Positions 19,754-28,658 of a stretch of DNA of 64,000 nt are shown piece by piece. The notes below the pieces were generated by a model. It saw nothing but the letters and a program-made list of their open reading frames with translations, had not been told where the DNA came from and made no database searches. The DNA is from an uncultured Desulfosarcina sp. (GTDB lineage Bacteria > Desulfobacterota > Desulfobacteria > Desulfobacterales > Desulfosarcinaceae): the NCBI GenBank assembly GCA_963674945.2, contig CAXXWQ010000004.1, positions 1,664,001-1,728,000 on the forward strand, written 5' to 3'. A program made the translations under genes and the position numbers. Numbering within the stretch: position 1 is the first letter of the stretch; each line of letters begins with the position of its first letter.

Positions 19754-20964
19754 AAACGGTTGAACTGTTCGCTGGGGCCGGAGGGCTTGCCATGGGTATT
19801 TCCTTGGCTGGCTTCGAGCCTCTTGCAGTTGTTGAATGGGATCGATGGGCTTGTGATACAATCAGGGAGAACCAAAAACGTGGGTTTCCGCTGGTTCAGG
19901 ATTGGCCCCTTTGGGAAGGTGATGTTCGAGGTTTTGATTGGTCATCGATTCCAGAAGACGTTGATCTACTTGCCGGTGGGCCACCTTGCCAACCATTCTC
20001 AATGGGCGGTAAGCATAAGGCCTATGGCGATAAACGAGACATGTTCCCCGCAACAGTGGAGATCGTCCGTAAACTTCAACCAAAAGCCTTTCTTATCGAG
20101 AACGTGAAGGGCCTGACCCGAACGAATTTTAGCAACTACTATCAGTACATTCTTTTCCAGTTGGAGTTTCCAGAGGTAATCCGCAATGAAAAAGAGACCT
20201 GGATGGAGCATCTGGAACGATTACAAGCAGAGAAAACATCTGGTGAAAAGCATTTCACGGGCTTGACTTACAATATCGTGCCCACCCTGGTAAACGCTGC
20301 GGACTACGGTATTCCACAAAAACGTGAACGGGTTTTCATTGTTGGCTTCCGATCCGATTTGGGTGTCGAGTGGTCCTTCCCACGACCTACGCACAGTTTT
20401 GATGCTCTTCTTTATTCGCAGTGGGTTTCGGGTCACTACTGGGACCATCATCGAGTGTCGAGACGCAATCGCCCTGCCATGCCTTCAACACATCAAGCAA
20501 GAGTTCGCAAACTTTCCGCAGGACTATTTCCAAACCTTGAACGTCCTTGGCGAACAGTAAGGGACGCACTGGAAGACCTACCCGATCCCCGTTCCCGTAA
20601 TGCCAAGATGTTTCTGAACCACACCTTTCAGGCTGGTGCAAGGGTGTATCCTGGCCACACTGGTAGCCCGCTCGACCTTCCAGCGAAAACGCTCAAAGCT
20701 GGTGATCATGGTGTGCCGGGTGGAGAGAACATGATGGTGCTTCCAGACGGTGGTGTTAGGTATTTCAGCGTCCGAGAGTCTTCGAGATTGCAAACGTTTC
20801 CCGATGGATACATTTTCCACGGATCGTGGACGGAAACGATGCGTCAACTGGGTAATGCGGTGCCGGTTTCTCTTGCCCTTCGAATAGCGGCATCAATGGC
20901 CGAGCGACTATCCGAGGCTGGATTGCGGAATCTTTCGAATGTTCGTCAAAGGAGCATCGCATGA
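19750..20964 (+). CDS. DNA cytosine-5 methyltransferase (Type II RM)
   Basis: ELFAGAGG (motif I), GGPPCQPFS (IV), ENVKGL (VI), QKRERVF (VIII), QLGNAVP (X). Confidence 0.95.
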   Translation: MKTVELFAGAGGLAMGISLAGFEPLAVVEWDRWACDTIRENQKRGFPLVQDWPLWEGDVRGFDWSSIPEDVDLLAGGPPCQPFSMGGKHKAYGDKRDMFPATVEIVRKLQPKAFLIENVKGLTRTNFSNYYQYILFQLEFPEVIRNEKETWMEHLERLQAEKTSGEKHFTGLTYNIVPTLVNAADYGIPQKRERVFIVGFRSDLGVEWSFPRPTHSFDALLYSQWVSGHYWDHHRVSRRNRPAMPSTHQARVRKLSAGLFPNLERPWRTVRDALEDLPDPRSRNAKMFLNHTFQAGARVYPGHTGSPLDLPAKTLKAGDHGVPGGENMMVLPDGGVRYFSVRESSRLQTFPDGYIFHGSWTETMRQLGNAVPVSLALRIAASMAERLSEAGLRNLSNVRQRSIA

Positions 20965-21605
20965 CGGACAATAAGGTTGTCCCATTCAACCCACTCGACA
21001 AGCGACATCTGGGTGAGAGTGTCGCCCAGGCCATGCTCCGGAAGCCGTCCATCCACATGACCGAACTGGAACGATTCGATGGTGCCGGAATCTACGCGAT
21101 CTATTATTCTGGCAACTTTGAGGCCTATGAAGCCATAGCCAGTAGAAACAAGGAGGGGCGATTTCTCGCTCCCATCTATGTTGGCAAGGCAGTTCCAAAG
21201 GGTTCCAGGAAGGGGGGCGATCTGGAATCAAGCCCTGGACAGGTCCTGTATAGCCGGTTGGCACAACATCAACGGAGCATTGAGGAGGCAACAAATCTTG
21301 ACGTGGCTGATTTTTATTGTCGCTACTTGGTCGTTGACGACATCTGGATTCCTCTTGGTGAATCACTGATAATCGCCAAGTTTCTCCCGCTCTGGAATCA
21401 ACTTATCGATGGCTTTGGCAATCACGATCCTGGAAAAGGACGTTATGCCGGTTTCAGACCTCGTTGGGATGTCCTTCATCCAGGCCGTCCATGGGCAGAA
21501 AAATGCAGGGAACGCGAGGAAACCAGTGAACAAATCGTCATTGAGGTAAAGGATTACCTTCGCAATAATCCTCCCCCAGATGATATAACTATGATTACAT
21601 TTTGA
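20961..21605 (+). CDS. Eco29kI-family GIY-YIG restriction endonuclease
   Basis: GAGIYAIYY, PIYVGKA, WIPLGES, DGFGNHDPG and WDVLHPGR. ATGA-coupled to the MTase gene. Confidence 0.9.
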   Translation: MTDNKVVPFNPLDKRHLGESVAQAMLRKPSIHMTELERFDGAGIYAIYYSGNFEAYEAIASRNKEGRFLAPIYVGKAVPKGSRKGGDLESSPGQVLYSRLAQHQRSIEEATNLDVADFYCRYLVVDDIWIPLGESLIIAKFLPLWNQLIDGFGNHDPGKGRYAGFRPRWDVLHPGRPWAEKCREREETSEQIVIEVKDYLRNNPPPDDITMITF

Positions 21606-21914
21606 CTATTTGGTGAGCATCCTTCTTGTTTTCCGATCAAGGCAATTCGAGGATGTCATACGGCCAACCTTTTTTGCGTCTTAAATCAGCACCCAAGCCA
21701 TTTTGAGTCAAAGATTATCAAACATCTTGAAATTCCATCTGATTGTTGATACAAAATTCTAACCGCTCCATCTCCATAGATCCTTCCACAAACCACGGTT
21801 ATGTTGTTGGTGAGGCATCGTTTATGTCGCTGAATCGATCCGCTCCAAGTGTCTCTTGCCTAATTCGCCTGCCCATGTTCGGCTGTTTCGACTCTATCAG
21901 ATTGGAGATCGCAG

Positions 21915-22880
21915 ATGAGTGAAGAAAAATACCTTGGCTATTTGAAGTACTCTGGTGAAATGGTTGATAGTGGATTTTTTGATGCCCGCAAATCCGCACA
22001 AGCCCTAATAGGTTTTGACGAGGCCATTCGATTTTTTGTCGGCGAGCAGAATCCTGATCTGAAAAATGTCGATTTTGAGTTACCTGTTCAGGTCCGAAAA
22101 GGATCTTGGGAGGTTTGGTTACCCGAAATAATCGAAAAAGGAATGATAGTTGCCAGCGTTGGTGTTGGAACTTATCTGGCAACCGCCGCAAAAAAGATGG
22201 CTGAAAATGATTTTCAAAACATAGGCTTGAAGGACGTCTTTCGAAAATCGTTGGAAGGCATACAATGGCTGATAAGGATCGGAAAGCATTTAGGCGATTT
22301 GAATCAGAAAAAGTTCAAAAATGTAAAGTTCAGAAAGGATAATCAAGAGATCGGCCTTCCAAACGCAAAAGGAGAACCGTTGTTTGTTCCACGCTTTTTC
22401 TTTGAACTATTTCAGTCGAGCAATCCAAAGATACTTGCCAAGATTGCCGAACTGGTAGAAGACCAGCGACTTCTTACCGTGGGTGTATTCGACAAGGAGG
22501 GCAAGCCACTTGAAGAACCCTTGCCAAGGCGTTTTCGACACGTTTTCACCCGAGAGAATACAGAACCCCAGGATGTCCTATTCCCGGAACTCGAACACGG
22601 CCAAATCGTGAGCCTCGAAGGAGATGTCACCCGTGGCAATGAGACTACCAACTCTATTGGATTCAGGTACGAAGGCCATATCTTGTCCTGTGAACCAGGT
22701 AGAGGTAGTATCAAACGATTTAAAACGACATTGTTTGAGAAAGCCAGGATTCACGGCACTATCAGTCGTGCTGACTTGTTCGGTGGGTTCAATGCCAAGA
22801 AACCAAAAATAATCATCGATCAAATAGAATCCATTGAAGTGGAGAGCAATCAACCCTCTCTTTTCAAAGACAATAAATAG
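21915..22880 (+). CDS. Hypothetical protein (candidate defence gene)
   Basis: 321-aa ORF with GGAG RBS, directly downstream of the RM operon. No recognised motif. Confidence 0.75.
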   Translation: MSEEKYLGYLKYSGEMVDSGFFDARKSAQALIGFDEAIRFFVGEQNPDLKNVDFELPVQVRKGSWEVWLPEIIEKGMIVASVGVGTYLATAAKKMAENDFQNIGLKDVFRKSLEGIQWLIRIGKHLGDLNQKKFKNVKFRKDNQEIGLPNAKGEPLFVPRFFFELFQSSNPKILAKIAELVEDQRLLTVGVFDKEGKPLEEPLPRRFRHVFTRENTEPQDVLFPELEHGQIVSLEGDVTRGNETTNSIGFRYEGHILSCEPGRGSIKRFKTTLFEKARIHGTISRADLFGGFNAKKPKIIIDQIESIEVESNQPSLFKDNK

Positions 22881-23188
22881 CAAGCCCCACCTGGACCTCC
22901 ACCAAGAAAAATCCACCCATCGTAGCCGAAAGTTCTAAACTCGGCCCAGTGTGTTTCGTTGCGTCCCTATGTATGAGAAGGAGTATAGCCCCGTGTCGTA
23001 TTTTATACGGCCCACGCCTTCATTTCCATCGTCCACATCGTCCAACCTTCCAGCATCATCAAAAACCCACACAAATAGAGTTCTCCCACCGCTGGTGAGT
23101 TTTTCTGTTACAACCCTTCATTACACACTAATCCATAGGCGATCTGTCATCACGGCAGGTCGCTTTTTTTGCGTTCAAAGGAGGCATC

Positions 23189-23476
23189 ATGAACAAGACA
23201 ATCGAATTGTGTCAAATCGTTGCCCGTGCCATAAACCACACGACTTGGAACATTCCCCGCATTCGTGATGGTGATGGTCGCTGGCGAAACATCAACAATG
23301 CTAATCTGGTCGTGAATCAGAACCGTATCAATGGCCACGACCATTACGAAGACGCCATCTTCCGTGCCAAGCGGATAATGGAACAGCGTGGCTGGATTAC
23401 CAAGATTACGGACCACAAGGAGCCGTGCCACGAGCACTTGTATTACCATCATTATCGATTGAGGTGCTGGAAATAG
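23189..23476 (+). CDS. Hypothetical protein
   Basis: AGGAGG RBS, 95 aa. Confidence 0.6.
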   Translation: MNKTIELCQIVARAINHTTWNIPRIRDGDGRWRNINNANLVVNQNRINGHDHYEDAIFRAKRIMEQRGWITKITDHKEPCHEHLYYHHYRLRCWK

Positions 23477-23607
23477 GATAAACCATTCACCGTTTTTCCG
23501 TGCCACGGAAAAATGATCTAACCCATAAATCGAGCCAGCAGAGAGGGCAGTTTCCGGTTTTTACCCGCCGGACTGCCCTTTTTGCGTTTGGTGGAAAGGA
23601 AATCCTT

Positions 23608-23799
23608 ATGACGAAAGAGCAGGAACGGCTTTATCAAGAGCCAGATGAGTTGAGACGGCTATTGGAAAAGGTTCTGAACGGCAGGAAGTTCAAGTTGGAT
23701 TGTGGACACCATTACACCGCTGGAACCAACCTTGGCAACGACATCACTATTCGCAATGGCGAGCATCCAACTATCATTTGTAGCCAGTGCGGGTATTAG
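23608..23799 (+). CDS. Small putative zinc-binding protein
   Basis: AAGGA RBS. CGHH...CSQC. Confidence 0.6.
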   Translation: MTKEQERLYQEPDELRRLLEKVLNGRKFKLDCGHHYTAGTNLGNDITIRNGEHPTIICSQCGY

Positions 23800-23892
23800 C
23801 AAACCTGCTGTATCAATCATTGACGAAGACCATTTGTCCGGGCGGGCAGATGGTTTTTTTGTTTCTGGACCCAATGATAAGGAGAAATACCG

Positions 23893-24702
23893 ATGAGACC
23901 AAAAGTGAAAGAGACGTTGGACAAGATTATCACGCGTTTTGAGTCAGGCGATATTCCCGAAGCAGTTGCTTACGCAATGTTTCCTATTCCAGAGATTCCC
24001 TGTGCCAATTGGAGCCTGTTGAACCGCACGCTGGTGTTCTTGTCTGGCACTATGGACGCCCGTGGTATTCGCCAGTGGAACAGCGTAAACCGCTCCGTGA
24101 AGAAGGGCACCAAGGCTCTCTACATCCTGGTGCCATATATGAAGCACGTTGAAGATGACCTTGGAGAAAATCAGGCGAAACTATTAGGTTTCGGTGTTTC
24201 CCCAGTTTTCCGAGTTGAAGACACGGACGGGGAACCATTGGAATACGAAAACTTGGAAGTGCCAGAGTTTCCACTAATGGATCGTGCCAGTGATTGGGGC
24301 ATTTCTGTGAAGGCCGTTCCCGGCAACTATCGCTATTTCGGGTATTATTCATCCGGTCGACAGGAAATAGCCCTGGCCACAAATCAGGAGGTCGTCTTTT
24401 TTCACGAGATGGCCCACGCTGGTCATCACATTGTCAAAGGTGCTCTCCGACCGGGCCAAGATCCGCTTCAAGAGATTGTCGCTGAACTATCGGCATCGGC
24501 GTTGGCAATGATGGTGGGCAAGTCTATCGAGGACACTACCGGCAATAACTTTCGCTACATCAAACGGTATGCTGACCAGTTGAAAATGAGTGTCCATTCT
24601 GCCTGCCTGAAAGTTTTATCTGACACCGAAAAGGTGCTCAACCTGATAATCTACAATACCATTGAAGGAGAGGACTATGCTTCTCACCGGAAGGTCGCAT
24701 AA
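23893..24702 (+). CDS. ardC: ArdC-like ssDNA-binding antirestriction protein
   Basis: WSLLN, RGIRQWN, VKKGTKA, VFxVEDTDG and zincin motif HEMAH...EIVAELSA. Confidence 0.8.
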   Translation: MRPKVKETLDKIITRFESGDIPEAVAYAMFPIPEIPCANWSLLNRTLVFLSGTMDARGIRQWNSVNRSVKKGTKALYILVPYMKHVEDDLGENQAKLLGFGVSPVFRVEDTDGEPLEYENLEVPEFPLMDRASDWGISVKAVPGNYRYFGYYSSGRQEIALATNQEVVFFHEMAHAGHHIVKGALRPGQDPLQEIVAELSASALAMMVGKSIEDTTGNNFRYIKRYADQLKMSVHSACLKVLSDTEKVLNLIIYNTIEGEDYASHRKVA

Positions 24703-24827
24703 ACGTATTGTAAGGCCATTTGTGAGAAGTTCTGGCTAAACGAATACAATCTATCAAATAAACAAGAAAGGCGTCTTATTGGGCTTCTACGGCCCCCTGG
24801 ACGCTTTTTCTGCTCTTGGAGGATAAA

Positions 24828-25007
24828 ATGATTTATCGCGTTGTGTGTGCCTGGTGTGGCAAGGAAATGGGAGTAAAGGAAGGTCCTGGCTCAAAGGATA
24901 AAAATAGAGCCATCACACATTCCATCTGTGAGTTCTGTAAAGCCAAGGCAATAGAAGAAATAGAGCAATTGAAAAAAGGAGGTTCCGAATGTGCGATGAT
25001 TTCATAG
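24828..25007 (+). CDS. Small zinc-finger protein
   Basis: GGAGG RBS. VCAWC...THSICEFC. Confidence 0.65.
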   Translation: MIYRVVCAWCGKEMGVKEGPGSKDKNRAITHSICEFCKAKAIEEIEQLKKGGSECAMIS

Positions 25008-25174
25008 ATTATGATGGTGATGATTTTTGGGATGGCCCGGACTGGGAAGATTGGATGATCATCGGCCCTTTGTCCGAAGACATAGCCAGGGAAAGGAGCG
25101 AGCAGGAGCGTATTCAAAAGGAACTTGACGACGAGCCAGACGAGTATTGGAATATGATAAACAAAAAATGGTGA
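24989..25174 (+). CDS. Small acidic hypothetical protein
   Basis: AGGAGG RBS, highly Asp/Glu-rich, 61 aa. Confidence 0.55.
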   Translation: MCDDFIDYDGDDFWDGPDWEDWMIIGPLSEDIARERSEQERIQKELDDEPDEYWNMINKKW

Positions 25175-25212
25175 TACAGGAATAAACTCTCAAACCGAAA
25201 AGTGAACTGAAA

Positions 25213-25635
25213 ATGACATCAATAGCAGTCGAGACGATTGTGTGCCCGGAATGTGGTTTCAATCAGGAAACCGAACTATACGAATCAATAAACGCCATCG
25301 AGGACCCTGAACTGGTGGAACGCCTATTCACCAGGGAGATAAACGTGTTCACCTGTGCCAAATGTGGATATAGAGCTGAGGTAGAAGTCCCACTTCTGTA
25401 TAACGATTTGAAGACAGAGGTAAAGATTCAGTTTTTCCCGGCTATTTGGCTCGATAAAGCCCCTGCCGACCTGTGCCGGTATTATCGCAAAATGATGGCC
25501 CAGTTGAAATCCTTCCAGACCGATTTCGGTTTCATAGCCGAATCCATACAGAAACAAAAAATCCTTGTCGTCTTTTCCCTGGATGAAATGATTGCCCAAA
25601 TCAAGTTCAGACGGCACCTTCGCGAATGTAGTTGA
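25213..25635 (+). CDS. CpXC domain-containing protein
   Basis: CPECG...SINA...FTCAKCG...PLLYND pattern. Confidence 0.75.
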   Translation: MTSIAVETIVCPECGFNQETELYESINAIEDPELVERLFTREINVFTCAKCGYRAEVEVPLLYNDLKTEVKIQFFPAIWLDKAPADLCRYYRKMMAQLKSFQTDFGFIAESIQKQKILVVFSLDEMIAQIKFRRHLRECS

Positions 25636-25737
25636 ACAGGACCATAACCTTCAACTGCCAAACACGGATCAAAGTCCTAAATCATAAAATCGTAGTGCCG
25701 ATAACTGTTTCAATGGTGATTATGAAATCGTTGACCA

Positions 25738-26232
25738 ATGGAGAATCAAATGCCTGAAAAAGAACAATGGATTTACTGGGAAATACTTTTGAAGCGGTGG
25801 GGAATCAATCAGAAAACGATGGCCCAAATCCTTGAAGATGGTCTTCCGTGCTATGATAAACAAGGCAATATTTTTTTCTGGGAAGATGGTTGTGAACGAG
25901 ATACAGAAAAATTCAAAATGTCTGATGTTGAGAAGTACGAGGATGAACATCAGCATCTATTTGAGAACGGTAACGTAAGCCTTGACGCCAAGGAAAAGCG
26001 TGAGTTAGGCCAGTTGAGAAGCGAAAAGAAAAAGTGGGAGGCATCATTGAAGGTGGCCGTTAGGATCGGTATATTTTGTCAAGAGATGAACAGACCACTG
26101 AAAGGTTCCGAACTTGAAGATAAAATGCGTGAAATCGATAAAAACATAAAGGACACCACTATCAGAATGATACGAAAGGCGATGCCTGACGAATACAAAG
26201 ACAACGGAGGCAGACCAAAAAAGAACAAGTGA
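25738..26232 (+). CDS. Hypothetical protein (possible C-terminal HTH)
   Basis: 164-aa ORF ending in GGRPKK. Start position uncertain. Confidence 0.65.
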   Translation: MENQMPEKEQWIYWEILLKRWGINQKTMAQILEDGLPCYDKQGNIFFWEDGCERDTEKFKMSDVEKYEDEHQHLFENGNVSLDAKEKRELGQLRSEKKKWEASLKVAVRIGIFCQEMNRPLKGSELEDKMREIDKNIKDTTIRMIRKAMPDEYKDNGGRPKKNK

Positions 26233-26411
26233 TTACGGGTAGATAAATAGCATTCCCATCAACTTTTTCCACGATTCCTCTCCCTTCTCTAATAGACAAA
26301 AACCCCATCAAGACATTCCTTATCAATGTTTCCGGCTGGTTTACTGGAAATAACCGCTATATGGTGGGCCAGGATTTAACTTTATTTCTCTAACGAAAAG
26401 GAGACCCAAAG

Positions 26412-26696
26412 ATGAGAGAGTTTAAGATGTACAACTGGGATGAGAGCATTATCAAGATAGGCAAAAGAAACTGCCCCCAATGTAATGCGGTGATGAAGTA
26501 CCTTGGTATTGAGTTTGAGTTTGAGACATACGCCCATATCTGGCGATGCTTTGCGGACGATTTTGAGCACGGCTATGCGGAAGCTCTAAACGAGGAAGAC
26601 ATAGCAATGATTATTGAGGACTTTCATTCAAAACAATCTAAACGACCATATCACGTTCATATGGTCGTTGATGTGGAAGTTGAAGCCAAGAGTTAA
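26412..26696 (+). CDS. Hypothetical protein with CxxC
   Basis: AAGGAG RBS. CPQC. Confidence 0.6.
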   Translation: MREFKMYNWDESIIKIGKRNCPQCNAVMKYLGIEFEFETYAHIWRCFADDFEHGYAEALNEEDIAMIIEDFHSKQSKRPYHVHMVVDVEVEAKS

Positions 26697-26785
26697 AAAG
26701 AAGCGGTATCTACCTTTGACGATTCGTATCGTCGAGGCCAGTAGACGATGACTGTAATGCTATTGCCAAGGAAGATTGAAGAACG

Positions 26786-28435
26786 ATGAGCGATTTACCC
26801 CGTGATGGGAAAGATTGGTTGGCGGATGCGGTAAAGATGAGACCAATGGAATCGTCCAGCAGTAGGTTGGACGCCCTTGTTGATGCGGTGTTCGAAGAAA
26901 TCTCAACTTTGGTGAAGGTTTCCAGCCGTCCCCGGCAGATGGAAGCCCTGAAAACCGTCCTGCTGAACCTCATCCACGCCCACCATTTCGACAAGCCGGT
27001 CCGGTATTCCCGAGACAAAAATCGCTATACACGAGATAGGCGGTATGGTCAGCTTCATTACACGTACGACCGGCTTATACCCATTATAGATGCCTTGGAA
27101 CGGCTTGGCTACATCGAACAGAGTTCTCATTACAACGACCCGGAGAGCGACAAGCACGGCCTCCAAACCCGTATGTGGGGTACGGATCGCCTCTGGGAAG
27201 GGATTCGTGAATACGGCTTGACACACCCTTTCGGCCCGGCCCCAAGACCAACGGAAGAGAAAGATGTCATCGTCTTACGCAATAAAGACAAACAGGACGT
27301 TGGCTACCGGGAAACACGCCAGACCCGACAGATGCGGGATGACCTGGAACGCTACAATGATTCCCTTCGCAAGCATTGTATCTCGGTGAAACTGACCGGC
27401 GACGACATTGTGGATAATCGCTGGCTGGTTGAAGATCTGTTTGAAAGCATCGGCAGGGGCAAGGTCTGGATTCGTTCCGCCCGGCTCAATAGCAAACATA
27501 ACAAGTATCACTATGTCCTACCAATACAATACTTTACTAAACATCTAATACCGTTAGGTAGGAATCCGTATAGAGTAATACAGTATACCAGAGACAGGAT
27601 GCCGGCAGGGAGTATCTCTATTCCCATTACTCATACGAAACGCCGGAAATCCTTACTGGACGTGCTTTTGCGACGTTTCTGGTCCGAAGCCCATTTCTTT
27701 GAAAAAGACCTTCACAAGCGTAGCATTGAGATTGGACGGATTCCCTATGACGAGCGTCAAAAGGTCCTATCTTTTGAGTTCCGGCTCAGCGACCTTGGGG
27801 TTGATGAATTGGAAGTCGTCTTGGACCACGAGCACCTGCGACGTATCTTCAATCTTGAATCCTGGAAGTTAGGCGGGCGGGCTTACGGGGCCTACCACCA
27901 AAGTATGCTCCGCAAACCGATGCGGAAAAACATCCTGATTGACGGCCAGCAGACCGTTGAAATCGATTATTCCGCCTTTCACATTCGGATGCTCTACCAC
28001 TGGGAGAGAATCGATTATACGAAAGACCCGTATCTTGAATGCGAAGGCCCGGAAATGCGGGACATCTACAAAGCGGTAGGGCTTATCGCCATAAACACCA
28101 CAGCGAAAAAAGCCAGTGGTGCTATTCGAAAAGAGTTGGATAAGCGGGGATTAGAGCCACCGAAACGGGATAAGCCGTATGCGAGCCTTGTAAGCCGGTT
28201 CAGAGAGACCCATCCAGACATTGAGCATCATCTGTTCTCCGGCATCGGCAGAACGCTACAAAACATAGATTCGATGATTATGAACGCTATTCTGGTTCGG
28301 CTTATGGACAACGACATTCTTGGCCTGCCGGTACACGACAGCGTCATAGTTCAACACCAACACGAAGCATTTACAAGGGAGGTGATGACCCAGGATTACA
28401 AGAAGGAAATGGGCTTCAAGCCCAGGATTGGATGA
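26786..28435 (+). CDS. Family-A DNA polymerase / single-subunit RNA polymerase-like protein (minimal palm)
   Basis: GGRAY, motif A VEIDYSAFHIRML, motif B RDIYK, LQNIDS and motif C LPVHDSVIV, in the correct order. Confidence 0.7.
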   Translation: MSDLPRDGKDWLADAVKMRPMESSSSRLDALVDAVFEEISTLVKVSSRPRQMEALKTVLLNLIHAHHFDKPVRYSRDKNRYTRDRRYGQLHYTYDRLIPIIDALERLGYIEQSSHYNDPESDKHGLQTRMWGTDRLWEGIREYGLTHPFGPAPRPTEEKDVIVLRNKDKQDVGYRETRQTRQMRDDLERYNDSLRKHCISVKLTGDDIVDNRWLVEDLFESIGRGKVWIRSARLNSKHNKYHYVLPIQYFTKHLIPLGRNPYRVIQYTRDRMPAGSISIPITHTKRRKSLLDVLLRRFWSEAHFFEKDLHKRSIEIGRIPYDERQKVLSFEFRLSDLGVDELEVVLDHEHLRRIFNLESWKLGGRAYGAYHQSMLRKPMRKNILIDGQQTVEIDYSAFHIRMLYHWERIDYTKDPYLECEGPEMRDIYKAVGLIAINTTAKKASGAIRKELDKRGLEPPKRDKPYASLVSRFRETHPDIEHHLFSGIGRTLQNIDSMIMNAILVRLMDNDILGLPVHDSVIVQHQHEAFTREVMTQDYKKEMGFKPRIG

Positions 28436-28658
28436 CTAACACGTCATCGTGTCCCCTCGCCGGGACAGGCATTTATGCCACCATTTGAGCGGAATCTCGT
28501 AAAACTACCAGGCCCCTGCCACCTCGGGCCTGGACAGGAGTCGGACATCGAGCCGGCTCCACAAGGTCGCTTTCAAAAGGCGACTGGGTACCGCCCTGAA
28601 CGGCACCGAGCCGAAAAAGCAGGGCCTGCCATAGCAAACACGGAGGTGTTTATGAACC

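Noticed and set aside
26786..28435. Reverse transcriptase, retron or piPolB interpretation of the polymerase-like ORF
   Set aside because: No YxDD motif and no PolB DTD or KxY motifs. The motif order fits the A-family fold.
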